Notes: generated by a model from the letters alone, not told the origin. 64,000 bases of DNA from Antedon mediterranea (GCF_964355755.1 NC_092672.1:3844001-3908000); one strand, 5' to 3'; positions 1-14,000 are shown, counted from the first letter of the stretch. Program-made: numbers and translations.

Positions 1-143
1 ACCAGAGTTTTAGAATTACAAAAAGAAAGGTAATATAGAGTCGCTGTGTTGATATTAGAATGAATGCAAAGTTATTAGTTTTAGAATCAGGCCTGGTCTT
101 TAGTTTTATTTTATAAAACAAAAATCCTGGATTGTTTTTTCAG

Positions 144-1155
144 GAAAGTTGATCTCGGTGAGTCAATGATGGAAGATAGTATAACAATTGACCACTACAA
201 GATGATTGACGCTATACCTATTTTTGGATTATTTTCATATCAAATTAACTATGACACTTTTCTAAGTAAATTTCAGTAAGTAATTAATTTAAATTTGAAA
301 TGAGCTTTTCAAGACCCTAGATATTTTACTTTTGGAATCTTGAATAAAAAAGTAAAATGCCTTTTCCTGATGCTAAAACAGTATAAATTTATAATATAAA
401 GTCTTATATTCGCTAATACATATACTGTATATGCCAACATCTGAATTTATTAAAATGGGAGGTGATATTTTTTAAAGCTGAACACCATTATACATACAAT
501 TACAAATTCAGTTTTATTTCTAATCTGGGAGAAAGAAAATGTAAAAAAATGGGAGCATGAATGATGTTGGTATTTTGGATTATCTTGGCATGAATGTATA
601 TACCGTACTGACGCGGGTATAAGCCCATACTCGGGTATAAGCCCACCCCCAACTTTTGACTAATTTTCATGAAAAATGAGGCACTCGGGTATAAGCCCAC
701 CCATTAATTCGAAGATCTACAGTGTGTGTCGTAATACATTATTTTGTATTTGGCGACGTCCATACACCGGGCTTATACCCGCGTCAGTACGGTACTTAAA
801 TTTTAAACCCAAAATTAACCCTGAAATTTGTTTTTCTTTCTTTTATACGGTAAACTTAAGTTGTTATGGTTCACATTATAATTCATTTTGGTTCACATTG
901 TAATTATTCTTTAGAGAAAATTATACAATATCAAGCACATTCAACGTTGAATCGGGTTTCACGCATGGAAAAACAGTGTGGACATTACATGATGTAACAA
1001 ATGATAGTGGTCAGCTGACTTCACGGCTCATTGAACATTTCACGGCAACGTGCCCATGGATTTTTAGTCACTTTACGCAAGCAGTTGCCGCAAAAGAACA
1101 TTACGAAATTTTATCGTCCGTCAAGGAAAGGATAGAAGCTGGAGCGAACATGTAG
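144..1155 (+). CDS. Last two exons (144-275, 915-1155) of an unidentified protein, possibly SRPBCC/START-like (DUF7053-like) fold; 5' end lies outside the window
   Basis: AG/GT-bounded exons joined in phase 2: KVDLGESMMEDSITIDHYKMIDAIPIFGLFSYQINYDTFLSKFQ-ENYTISSTF...TVWTLHDV...SRLIEHFTATCPWIFSHFTQAVAAKEHYEILSSVKERIEAGANM*. The beta-strand pattern ending in a long amphipathic helix suggests SRPBCC; the fold call is inference. Confidence 0.65.
603..792. mobile_element. Tc1/mariner (Tc2/pogo-like) MITE
   Basis: 24-bp perfect TIR CCGTACTGACGCGGGTATAAGCCC, TA on both flanks, internal repeats of GGGTATAAGCCC. Confidence 0.8.
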
Positions 1156-1354
1156 TTTACCTTTTGTTTAATATAGATATAAATATATTATATTTTATGT
1201 ATTGAGTACAAAATTTATTTTTTAATGAATAAAAATTATGACAAAAGTAATCATAGTGTAAAAGATTATATACTGTAGTGTAAAAAATAATAGTAAATCA
1301 TAAGTCTGAAATTTCACATGAACATGTAGTGCAATACTTTGTACACTATCGTGA

Positions 1355-1440
1355 AGCTCTGTCTACACAAAAAAATGTGATGTGCCCATATATGGACATG
1401 ATGGACTGTTTTTGTCAAACTAGATAGTGTAGACAGAGCT
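1355..1440. mobile_element. PIF/Harbinger-type MITE family A (short copy)
   Basis: TIR AGCTCTGTCTACAC...GTGTAGACAGAGCT shared with about 11 other copies in the window. Confidence 0.75.
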
Positions 1441-1823
1441 TTACAATACATATTGTTTGAAGAATAAAAGTGGGAAAAACCCATAAAAGACAAAAACAAA
1501 ATATTGTAGGAACAAATACAAGGTTGGAATTAGAGGATACTTTATAACTTGTTATCATATTTTTCTCTCCTTGTTGATTGATTAATATATAATTTACAAA
1601 GTGTGATTAGATTGATTTACAAAAAACATTATATGAAAGTAAAGGAGTGGATTATTAATTATATACAATATATTTAGTAGACTCAGACTGTAAAGTCTAT
1701 ACTTTAATTCTTCAGTTGACTATTAAGACTTTACAGTGACATCAGCCATATAGGATATGTTTGGGAGTTACAACATACATGATAATGTCACAAGATAGAT
1801 GTACAGAACCACCATCCATCTAA

Positions 1824-2026
1824 AGGCCAGTTTACGCAGACAAACGGTATATGGGAAATCTATATACATAGAAGCTGTAACTATCCTGAACAGAGACCGC
1901 ACGTCCACTCCGCGTTGTGTGTAAATGGTCATCGTGGAAAAGTACTATATAAGCAATTATGTCATAAGAAATAACATGGATTCTATATTTGTATTACCGT
2001 TACCGCTCATCTGTGTGAATTGGCCT
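1824..2026. mobile_element. PIF/Harbinger-type MITE family B
   Basis: TIR AGGCCAGTTTACGCAGA / TCTGTGTGAATTGGCCT, TAA/TTA flanks; related copy at 46611-46773. Confidence 0.65.
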
Positions 2027-2303
2027 TTAGGCCTACAGTTATTTGCAAGGCTAGACTACTGTACCATAGAACAACATTTGTTGAAACGGTTATCCACAAG
2101 TCACGCCTAGGTTATGCACAAGTCAAGCCTAGGTTAGCCACAAGTCAAGCCTAGGTTATCCAATACACAGTGATGATTATTACCACTGGCTTTACAGTTA
2201 AACATACTTGTTGACAAACAGTAGTACATCGTGATGTTGTTTTCAATGACAATGAACAGTCATGTGAATAGATATGTCCAGCCATATACATATATAGCAT
2301 TGT

Positions 2304-4644
2304 TTATAAATTCAAGTCTTTAAAATCTTGTTTTATAATATTTGCTCTTGAGTCTGGTTCCGTATCAACAATCTGCAGACATGTATCGGCAAACTCTGTG
2401 AATATTGGCTCCTGCATAGCCTGACTTATTCCAGCAGTTTTGTCGTTTGTCGAATCCAACTTTTGCAGCATTTGCCGAAGATGAGGATTTTCCAGATGTT
2501 TTCTTAGTAGGTCCGATTGCTCTACAAATACACAAGAATAAAAGCAGACTTGCTATATCATTGATAACAATGAAAACAAATTAAATGTTATTAATTTATT
2601 TTAAAGAGATATTTCTACCTTGTAGTGTTTTTATAAAGTATTGTGGAGAAAAGTAGGAAATACAATAAATGTTTATGAAACTACAATAATAAATGAAAAT
2701 GTCCAATTGTAATGGGCAAAGCTGGATCTAATGATTTTAAACACTTTATCCCCTATCATTTATAAGAAAAAATGTGGAACAAACTCCATGTATGTATGAT
2801 GCTTATTAAAATACCCCCTCCCCCCCCCCCAATACCTAAAAATGCTAATTTTTCCCCATACCTAATAATGCTAATTTTTCTGCTGGAACTTTGTCTTCTA
2901 TATCATCTTCAGTTTTATTTTCTGCTATCCTCTTCTCTGAAAAACAATAATATATTTTGAATTTTAATAATTACAAATAAATGTGACGTGTATGCCAATT
3001 TAATGTTATTATATATCCACTGGACTAAGACATGTCAATTGATGCGTCATCTGGACGGAGAAACCATCGAATGCGCACAATAAATTTAACATATGGGTTT
3101 TTGCAAATCGAAAAGCTTCCTGATATTTGCATCCCATTCCCTGCAAGTAGGATTTGTTCTAGAGATGAATCTTCCAGTTTTTTTTAGAGTATTCCAGATT
3201 TTACTGAAATTACAAATTAAATAGTAATTGTGAATGATTAAAATTGAGAAATATTGAGAACCTCCAGCAATGGTCAGGAGATTTGGAAGGTCTGAATTTA
3301 GCATAGATATCCAAGAGCTGAAACTAGTGATTTACCTTTATTATCAGCATGAGCTTCTATAGGGGCAGTAATAAGTGTTGATTTTGAACCGACGATTGAA
3401 ACATGGCTGCTGCAAAACTCTAAAAAAAAAATTACAATAATTACAGTAAATCTAAACATGAATTTAAATTTTCAGCTGCTTCAAGCTGCTTTTAATCAAT
3501 TTTAATGATCTCATAAATCATACGATTGTTTATTTATTTATTTATTATTTTGACTGGATTGCATTTTCTTCAAGTGAAATAAAGAGGCAAATAGTATTAC
3601 TCGTTTTGGCTTCCTCTTCTCCTAGTTTTTAGTTTTGAAAATGATCCCATGATCTGTTCACATCTTTAAAGCCCCATTCCCTACGTTTTTTAGATCTAAT
3701 TTAAGATCACAAACTATATTTAATGTAAAAATAATACTATATGGTCCTATTGCGATAACTTTTTTCGTCTTTAAACGGTTAAAAATGTGAAAAATAAGTC
3801 GATTTTAATAATTATAGCGGCCCGCTATAAATCCCAAAATGCATTGCGCGCGGATTGATATTTTTGTTTTTCACCTGTAATTCGCCCACTTTTCGATCGA
3901 TCGTGAGGCCAAAACAAATGGAAGACTCCTAACTTTTCAGCGAAAATACCGGGTTTTCCCCAATTTGTATCAACGGAGTCTGGCAAAAATAGAAAGACAA
4001 TTAATGCAGCAACTATACAACGTCAGGCTAGGTATATAGCTCGCGTACGATGTTCGTACGTTACCGATGTTTACCAGCTAGGCCTACAAAACTAAGCCTA
4101 GCTAGGCCTAAGACCGTCCATGAGAGGTCGATCGCCGCGAGCTACTTAGGTAGTGCATTGTTTCTCATTTTTTATCATAATTTACCATAAAACGTACATT
4201 TAAAACAAGAAATGACATGGTTTAATGTTTTTAAAGTGATATATATGTATAATTTTCCAAAAAACGTCCAAAATTGCAGGGAAGGGGTCTTTAAATAAAA
4301 AAGTAAAAAAAGTACCCAGACAAGACTGAGGGAGCTAGAAAAAGTCTATATTGATAATTGATCACTCACCTTTGTGTTTCTTGCAACATGTAACTGAACA
4401 ACTGAAAAATATAATACCAAATATTAAACATAAACCAGCTAGGCCTAAGATCACTTCCTGTTATTATTTTTAAACCTGTTGTCTCAATGCATTACCGGTT
4501 AATAATAATACATCCTCCTGCACTCACTACTCCTTGTGGCTAAATATTGTTCAGTACTTACTATTTAGAGTAGCATTTTGGACACTTATATTTTGATTTA
4601 GGAACTCCACATTGAATACATTCGTTACTCTGTTTGCTAGACAT
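2304..4644 (-). CDS. ZNHIT3: Zinc finger HIT domain-containing protein 3 (box C/D snoRNP assembly factor), 163 aa; exons 4644-4562, 4401-4370, 3419-3336, 2936-2862, 2521-2304
   Basis: Spliced translation MSSKQSNECIQCGVPKSKYKCPKCYSKYCSVTCCKKHKE (zf-HIT) ... LENPHLRQMLQKLD...AMQEPIFTEFADTCLQIV, matching the ZNHIT3 C-terminal motif. All junctions are GT-AG and in phase (492 nt). Confidence 0.95.
3670..4290. mobile_element. Kolobok-type non-autonomous DNA transposon in ZNHIT3 intron 2
   Basis: TTAA on both flanks, termini AG...CT, imperfect TIR AGCCCCATTCCCT / AGGGAAGGGGTCT; reverse-oriented homolog at about 41930-42410. Confidence 0.7.
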
Positions 4645-5024
4645 GTTTTTTTATAGCATTGGTAGGTCTTTTTCCTGAAAAATATAGAAGAAATAATCCG
4701 CTAAAAACCCTTCTGATTAATAACCACGTGCAGTGTTAACACGTAACATTTTGTTGACACAACACAATTTGTGTGGCAGCAAACCCAGGGTTCAACCATT
4801 TTATTTACAATTTTACAATATATAATTATACACAAATCCATAACTAAGCCTGTATAATTCTGTACTAAATTCTGAAAAGTATTCAAAAAATAAAAAAGAC
4901 CTTTTTATGTTAAATTTGATGTTGTTTAGGCCTACTTAGCTAGCTCTAAATGATTGGGGAAATGGTTCAGTCCAAAACCAGACAAGGGATTTCCCATTTG
5001 TTTGTTTGTTGTTTTTTTTTCAAA
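4645..5024. promoter_or_regulatory. Probable bidirectional promoter between ZNHIT3 and the phosphatase gene
   Basis: Divergent start codons only 380 bp apart; CACGTG E-box at about 4725. Confidence 0.55.
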
Positions 5025-8000
5025 ATGGCGTCGACTTCCGAAGTTTCGAAAGAAGTTAACAGCATTGTTTCTGTTCTTATTTATCAAAGTCGTGCTTCAA
5101 AATTCTTACTAACAAAATGTCAAAAAACAGAATCTTGGACGTTTCCTAACGAAGGAATTGATCACTATAGAAACGAAATAAAAGCCGCTGGAAAACGTGT
5201 TTTGGAGGTAGGCCTAGTTAGGCCCCTAGCCTAGTAGTAGCCTAGCTAGAGGCTAGCCCCTATCCTATAGCTAGTAGGCCTATAGAATAAATAGGCATTT
5301 AGCTAGCTAGGACTAGGCCTAGGCTAGTAGTAGGCCTAAGCAGACAAGAGGGGGTTCCGGCTCTAGCTAGACTGGCTATATAGGGCTAGGCCTAGCCAGC
5401 TACTAGGCAGTTCAGGACCTCTCTCAGTCACACTAGAAAGCGATAGAGGGCCGGCCTAGCTAGTCAACTAAATGGGCTAGCCTAGGTCCTACACAACAAA
5501 AATTTTAAATATTTGATAGTGATTCAGATAGTTATTCATTTATATATATATATGTATATCATGCATAACAAGCCACAAAAGAAAGGCGATCCCATGCACA
5601 ATTCTGTTTCTGTTACTTAATACTGAAAATACTTTTGCAATTTGAAATTTTCTGCGCAATTTGTTTATTAAGTATTTTGAATCAAATTGCGCAAGAAAAT
5701 ACTTTTTAATAACATTTAGAATAGGAAATCCTAACAATCCTAACTCTTTGTTTTTATCAATTTCAATGTCATTGTCACCCATTTTTATTATAAAATTAAA
5801 TACATAATTGTTCAATTGCAGTCAATGGCTGTAGGAGGAAGTCTTGAAGCTGTAGTTCACTTACGTCATGTACTGTTTCCAGCTCAACATCCTTCAAAAC
5901 TCAAGATTAGTTTTCTTGCTAAAGTTGATTATATCGTAGAAGACGATTCTACTGGGCCTAATGTATCACCGGTAACCTGGGTAACACATGATGAGATGAG
6001 GAAAATGTTGTCAGAAGGTACCATTTCCCCTGAAGTTTTTGATCTTGGTCGCAGAGTAATTGATGGTGAGTTATTTAAAAAAACAAACAGTAAATAAAGA
6101 GAGAAGCAAAAGGTAAGGTATTTATTATTTCCTCAAACTTAACTGGAAATTTGGATTATAATCTATTGACCCACAGCAGGCAGCGCCTACTCAGATCAGC
6201 ATACCGAGAGACAATCGCCCGTTCTCTTCGAATAGCGTGTACCAAGTTTTTCCTTAAGGTGGACTATACAGGACCAACAGTTTACAGTACATTGCAAAGC
6301 ATCTTGAATATAAGGATACAATCAATATTGCAGGCAACTTTTTCAGTGGCCAATGCTTGAAACATTAAATTAAAAATGTTTATAGTGCCCTCTATGTTTT
6401 AATAACTTAAAATAATAGAGAAATACGCCCTCTATGTTAAAATTTTATTAGGTATTAAATTGAGAATGAGAATTAAGAATCGATGGGGCCCAACATTAAA
6501 ACAAAACTCTTTTTTTCAAAGTTAAAGATGCAATTTTTCGTAAAAAGTAGTTTTTCGCCAGATTTAAAAAGTCATAATCAGTTGAAAATGGGAGATTTGC
6601 ATGCATGCAATGTAAAAAACATGTCTGTACAGAACCGGGCCTCAATCACAAAGTAAATAATTTTGCACTTGCGAATTATTGAATTGTGCTAAAGGGTGAC
6701 CAGATTTTATTTGGTTTTATGACTGGCTTTAATCAATAATAAATGTGAAAATGTTTGTGTTTATATCTTTACAGGGCAAATGTATCCTTTGAGTATCTTA
6801 GATGAGATGATGCTGGAAGTTATTGATATAAATGGAGGGGATTCACCTAACACAGGTGATAAGGTACTGCTACAAGCTGCCAAGTTCTCAGATACAGGTA
6901 AGTGTATTAGAGACTCTGCTCAAAGGTCACAACTTGGAAAGTATCGGAAGTACAGGGTTAAAAGGTCAAACTGGGTGACGCCATTTCACAGCATGGAGCA
7001 GCGCCCTCTCCAAACTAGGAAGTCAAAACTGTTAATACCTATAGAGGGCTCAGTCAATTACTCTATCCCCTCCCCCTTATAGTAAAGCAGATATCCCCTC
7101 TACAGATTTTGACTTTCTAATTTGATGAGGGTGCGCTACTCCATGGCTCACAATGGTGGCACCCATTAGCTTTATTCTATCCTACAATGCCTTTCGAAAT
7201 TGTTACACGCTTTGGGCGAACAGGAGATTCTTGTGTTATATAAGTTCTTTGATATATAGTGAACAATGGGTATGTCGGCACTTTTCAAACGTCACATATG
7301 CCAATGTGCATTGTGGTATATAGAGAAATTGTGCACCTTTAGGAGGAGATGGGATATCACTTGAAATATCTGGAAATTATCTGAGAGGTCTATTTACTAT
7401 TTTGTAGCGTAATTAATCATTATCATCATCATTGTCATCATTTTTTTTCCTTTGTTTTAGAACAACTCAAACTGTTAAAGATGTTTCTAGACTTCTGTTA
7501 TCCAGACATCACAATGAGTTTAGCAGTCTTCACAAAAATTATGAACGAGCTAGGATTCTCTAAAGATCAGTACAATGATCTATTCCGGTATGAATTAATC
7601 TTCTTAACCTATTAAGGGACCCCCTCATTTATATCAGTATGAAGTATTCATTATTGCATCCTGTTAACTGACCACCTATTAAGGGACCCCCTCATTTATA
7701 TCAGTATGAAGTATTCATTATTGCATCCTGTTAACTGACCACCTATTAAGGGACCCCCTCATTTATATCGGTATGAAGTATTCATTATTGCATCCTGTTA
7801 ACTGACCACCTATTAAGGGACCCCCTCATTTATATCAGTATGAAGTATTCATTATTGCATCCTGTTAACTGACCACCTATTAAGGGACCTCCTCATTTAT
7901 ATCAGTATGAAGTATTCATTATTGCATCCTGTTAACTGACCACCTATTAAGGGACCCCCTCATTTATATCAGTATGAAGTATTCATTATTGCATCCTGTT

Positions 8001-11000
8001 AACTGACCACCTATTAAGGGACCCCCTCATTTATATCGGTATGAAGTATTCATTATTGCATCCTGTTAACTGACCACCTATTAAGGGACCTCCTCATTTA
8101 TATCAGTATGAAGTATTCATTATTGCATCCTGTTAACTGACCACTTATTAAGGAACCCCCTCATTTATATCAGTGTGAAGTATTCATTATTGCATCCTGT
8201 TAATTGACCACCTATTAAGGGACCCCCTCATTTATATCGGTATGAAGTATTCATTATTGCATCCTGTTAACTGATCACCTATTAAGGGACCCCCTCATTT
8301 ATATCAGTGTGAAGTATTCATTATTGCATCCTGTTAACTGATCACCTATTAAGGGACCCCCTCATTTATATCAGTATGAAGTATTCATTATTGCATCCTG
8401 TTAACTGACCACCTATTAAGGGACCCCCTCATTTATATCAGTGTGAAGTATTCATTATTGCATCCTGTTAACTGACCACCTATTAAGGGACCTCCTCATT
8501 TATATCAGTATGAAGTATTCATTATTGCATCCTGTTAACTGACCACCTATTAAGGGACCCCCTCATTTATATCAGTATGAAGTATTCATTATTGCATCCT
8601 GTTAACTGATCACCTATTAAGGGACCCCCTCATTTATATCAGTATGAAGTATTCATTATTGTATCCTGTTAACTGACCACCTATTAAGGGATCCCCTCAT
8701 TTATATCAGTATGAAGTATTCATTATTGCATCCTGTTAACTGACCACCTATTAAGGGACCCCCTCATTTATATCAGTGTGAAGTATTCATTATTGCATCC
8801 TGTTAACTGACCACCTATTAAGGGACCCCCTCATTTATATCAGTATAAAGTATTCATTATTGCATCCTGTTAACTGACCACTTATTAAGGGACCCCCTCA
8901 TTTATATCAGTATGAAGTGTTCATTGCATCCTGTTAACTGACCACTTATTAAGGGACCCCCTCATTTATATCAGTATGAAGTATTCATTATTGCATCCTG
9001 TTAACTGACCACCTATTAAGGGACCTCCTCATTTATATCAGTATGAAGTATTCATTATTGCATCCTGTTAACTGACCACCTATTAAGGGACCTCCTCATT
9101 TATATCAGTATGAAGTATTCATTATTGCATCCTGTTAACTGACCACTTATTAAGGGACCCCCTCATTTATATCAGTATGAAGTATTCATTATTGCATCCT
9201 GTTAACTGACCACCTATTAAGGGACCCCCTCATTTATATCAGTATGAAGTATTCATTATTGTATCCTCTTAACTGACCACCTATTAAGGGACCTCCTCAT
9301 TTATATCAGTATGAAGTATTCATTATTGCATCCTGTTAACTGACCACCTATTAAGGAACCCCCTCATTTATATCAGTATGAAGTATTCATTATTGCATCC
9401 TGTTAACTGACCACCTATTAAGGGACCCCCTCATTTATATCGGTATGAAGTATTCATTATTGCATCCTGTTAACTGACCACCTATTAAGGGACCCCCTCA
9501 TTTATATCAGTATGAAGTATTCATTATTGCATCCTGTTAACTGACCACCTATTAAGGGACCTCCTCATTTATATCAGTATGAAGTATTCATTATTGCATC
9601 CTGTTAACTGACCACCTATTAAGGGACCCCCTCATTTATATCAGTATGAAGTATTCATTATTGCATCCTGTTAACTGACCACCTATTAAGGGACCCCCTC
9701 ATTTATATCGGTATGAAGTATTCATTATTGCATCCTGTTAACTGACCACCTATTAAGGGACCTCCTCATTTATATCAGTATGAAGTATTCATTATTGCAT
9801 CCTGTTAACTGACCACTTATTAAGGAACCCCCTCATTTATATCAGTGTGAAGTATTCATTATTGCATCCTGTTAATTGACCACCTATTAAGGGACCCCCT
9901 CATTTATATCGGTATGAAGTATTCATTATTGCATCCTGTTAACTGATCACCTATTAAGGGACCCCCTCATTTATATCAGTGTGAAGTATTCATTATTGCA
10001 TCCTGTTAACTGATCACCTATTAAGGGACCCCCTCATTTATATCAGTATGAAGTATTCATTATTGCATCCTGTTAACTGACCACCTATTAAGGGACCCCC
10101 TCATTTATATCAGTGTGAAGTATTCATTATTGCATCCTGTTAACTGACCACCTATTAAGGGACCTCCTCATTTATATCAGTATGAAGTATTCATTATTGC
10201 ATCCTGTTAACTGACCACCTATTAAGGGACCCCCTCATTTATATCAGTATGAAGTATTCATTATTGCATCCTGTTAACTGACCACCTATTAAGGGACCCC
10301 CTCATTTATATCAGTATGAAGTATTCATTATTGTATCCTCTTAACTGACCACCTATTAAGGGACCTCCTCATTTATATCAGTATGAAGTATTCATTATTG
10401 CATCCTATTAACTGACCACCTATTAAGGAACCCCCTCATTTATATCAGTATGAAGTATTCATTATTGCATCCTATTAACTGACCACCTATTAAGGAACCC
10501 CCTCATTTATATCAGTATGAAGTATTCATTATTGCATCCTGTTAACTGACCACCTATTAAGGGACCCCCTCATTTATATCGGTATGAAGTATTCATTACC
10601 CCTACAAATAATACCTTATTGACACAAACCCAAGAATACCAAGTAGTTTATTTTACTGTATAAATGCATTTAAATTGCATTCAAAAAATACGACAAAAAC
10701 AAGTTATTTGCATACCTTATAGAGCATAAAAATGTTGTATGAGACAAATAAAATTTATATTAACAAAATTATCAAAGGCGTCAAATCAAATGTATCCTAT
10801 TTCCTAAATAAACAAGTTTTTAAATTAAAGTAGTTGAAAGTTTGACAAAAAATGTCCAAAGAGAGGATTCAATAAAAGATAAAGTGCATCCACTGTAAAT
10901 AAGTATTACTACAGTAACTTGAAGCAGATAGCAATGATTTGTCAGTACCATATTTGGGCACATCGCACTTTGTTGTCACATAAAGTTTGATAGTGTAGAC

Positions 11001-14000
11001 AGAGCTTAATAATATTTTGAAACATTTAAAGTAAAACACATAGGGCCTGTTTCTGCTGCATAAAAATAACCGGTTAAAATCGGTGTGAATAAATTAAAAT
11101 CGGTGTGAATAAATTAACTCCATTTTCTTGGCAGCAGAAACAGGACAAATTTGTGGTAACCGGTTAAAAGGCAGCGCAAAATAACCGGTTAAAAACACCA
11201 ATTTAAATCGGTGTTAGAACGCCGTTTAACCGGTTATCGCTGAGCAATTCTTAGCTGCAACACGAAATAACGGTTATTTGATTGACAGTTGTGACCCCGG
11301 GTCAGATACCGTCGCATACGGTGTGTGTTTTCCTCGTGGTTTTGACAGTCGAACGAAGAAGTGAACATGTATGTGGATGAATGAAATCACAAGATATGTT
11401 ATTCAGTTGTGGAGGGAGAGAAAGTACGGGGAAGGATGGCAGGCAATAGAAAAGAATCACAGATAATAAATAAGAGCATTTTTGCGAAAGTAAAAGAGGA
11501 ATTTGGGGTGGAGTTCCGGGGACTACCCAAGCTAAGCAATTTGAGGCGTTAGAAATAGTACACGCTCGCGAAGGGTATGGAGTGTCCTATATTAACACCA
11601 AAACGGAAACAAAAGGGACTCAAAATGTTGCAAATACCTACCAAACGATAGTAGATAATGGTTAATTAATTATGAAAACCCAAATTTTATAGCAAAAATC
11701 ATCCGAATTTATGTTATAAACGATGAATTTAGCAACAAAAACTTAATCCAAACGAGCGTATTTATGGCACGCCCTTAGTGCCTTTAATAGGAGAACAATG
11801 AACAATCTTAATTTGATCGTTTTATAAATTTTTTTTAGAAAAACATCACATCGACCGAAAACAAAGGTTATGAGAGCCTTTGATAATATATTAAATATGA
11901 TTTTATTAAGCATAGAAATGTGTTATTATTTATGTTAGTACATAATATTATGCGAAACAATGTTTAATACTCATTATTCTATTAAAGGCACTATGTGCGT
12001 GCGATACATTAAAAAAAAATGATATTAAAGTACCAACAGCAAAACAATTTATTATTGTTTCATGTTTATATCAACTATTTACTATGTTTTATTCGTACTG
12101 TACTTATTTTAAACGTTTACTAATAGCTTAGTAATTTTGTTGTTCACAGAAAAATATATGATATTAATTTTTTTGTTTTATTATAATTTCTAAAAATTAT
12201 TTTTCTATTTTTTGGATGAGTTACTTTATGTTGCATACAGCAGGAAGCCAGAGAATGAGCAATATCCATTGGTGCTACTAAAGTAATAGTTAAAGCGTGT
12301 ATCAAGTGGCTGAGTCCATACTTCATCACCTGATACTAGATCAAGTACGACCATTGTGCTTGCTGAACTATATCCAACATCTTCCATCCTTATGGACACT
12401 TGAGTATTCTCATTTTTCATGATTCTTGTTAAAATGTCACCACCACCATATGCTTTCATTGATGTCACCTGGAATACATAAACACCTGGAATTGTACAGA
12501 CAAACTTTCCTGTTTCTTTGTTGTAGTGATTTCCTACATCTGTAATTATTGTGTCATACTTCATTGAGCTAGCAGCCCTGGGTCTGATCTAAATACGGCT
12601 GAAAAGGCAGATTTCTGCTGACTAGATTGTTCACCCTTTTCTCCCTTTACACCATTTGCACCTGGTAACCCAATAATACCTTGAGGTCCTTTTGGTCCTA
12701 ATTTACCAGGAGTCCCATCTAAAGCCATTTCTTCCATTATCTCCTTTTAATCCATGTTCTCCTTTTATTCCATTTCCTCCATTCATTTGTGATATTTTTT
12801 TTATCTATGTTACAAAATTATGAAAAGCTTTGATCAGATTTCAATACATAGACAATTAGTTATTATATCCTCTTGGAATTCCCACCGAAGAAAATTCAAA
12901 GGACATTTTTTCTCTGTTTTATCGGAACAAATTAAGATACCTTTTACAAGAATCGTTTGCCAAGGCACCAGCTTTTTTAAAAAATAAAATTATTTATTTT
13001 ATGTGTTTATTGAACTCTCTTTATGACAAATTAAAAAATACTTTTATTGGAACACTTTAATATCTGATAATTTCCACACTTTCCACTCCCTTAAGCTGGC
13101 GTTCATGTCAATGTTGAGTTGCGACGAGTTGTGTTGAGCTACACAACAAGATTTAACGATCAAGGGGTAATTGTAGTTGAATCACTGAAATGCTAACGAT
13201 TAATGAGGAAAATGGTCACAATGGCTTGCTTAGATGATTGAATTATTTCTAACCATCTTTAAATTACTTTTTAAGGACTCCTTTAGGTGTTCTGTTTAAA
13301 AAAATACCTCGTGTTAAACCGTCTTCTGTTCAAAATACCTTTCTTATGGAAATCTTAATACAATACAATCAAATTTCAAAGTTAAGTTAGAAACTATTAG
13401 AACTATGTAAATAATAAAATCATGGGATGTTTTTAAGTTAGGAAAACATACATAAAAAATGATCTTAAAGAAGACAAACTATATTTATATTGTTTTATGT
13501 TAACTCACTTTTAAATACTGTAAGTACGATATATTATATTGCAAGCTATTTTAATATTCTTTTTTAGTAATCATTTTTGCCTTTATTATAATTATGCTTC
13601 ATAAAGTAAAAAACCAGAGAATGAGCAGTATCTGTTGTTATCACTGTAGTAAGTATTATGGTTTGGTCCAATTGGCTCAGTCCATACTTGATCACCTGAT
13701 ACTAGATCAAGAACCACCATTGTGCTTGCAGAATTATACCCAACTTCACTCGCCCATGCAGACGTTTGAGTATTCCCATTTTTCATGATTCTTGTTACAA
13801 TTTGACCACTACCGCTTGATTTCATTGATGTCACCTGGAATACATAAACACCTGGAATTGTACAGACAAACTTGCCTGTTTCTTTGTTGTAGTGATTTCC
13901 TACATCTGTAATTATTGTGTCATACTTCATTGGGCTAGCAGTGTGAGGACCTGGGTTTGATGTATAAACTGCTGAAAAGGCAGATTTCTTCTGACTAGCT

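Noticed and set aside
4701-4886. Cys-rich ORF as ZNHIT3 exon 1
   Set aside because: The true zf-HIT exon is at 4644-4562; this ORF lacks the motif and a suitable donor.
6380-7010. CTCF-like GCCCTCT motifs as an insulator for the nested array
   Set aside because: Only half-site matches, one within an old inverted repeat; not supportable without ChIP data.
7607-10598. Possible CRISPR array
   Set aside because: The whole 67-bp unit repeats with no unique spacers; eukaryotic intron context and no cas genes.
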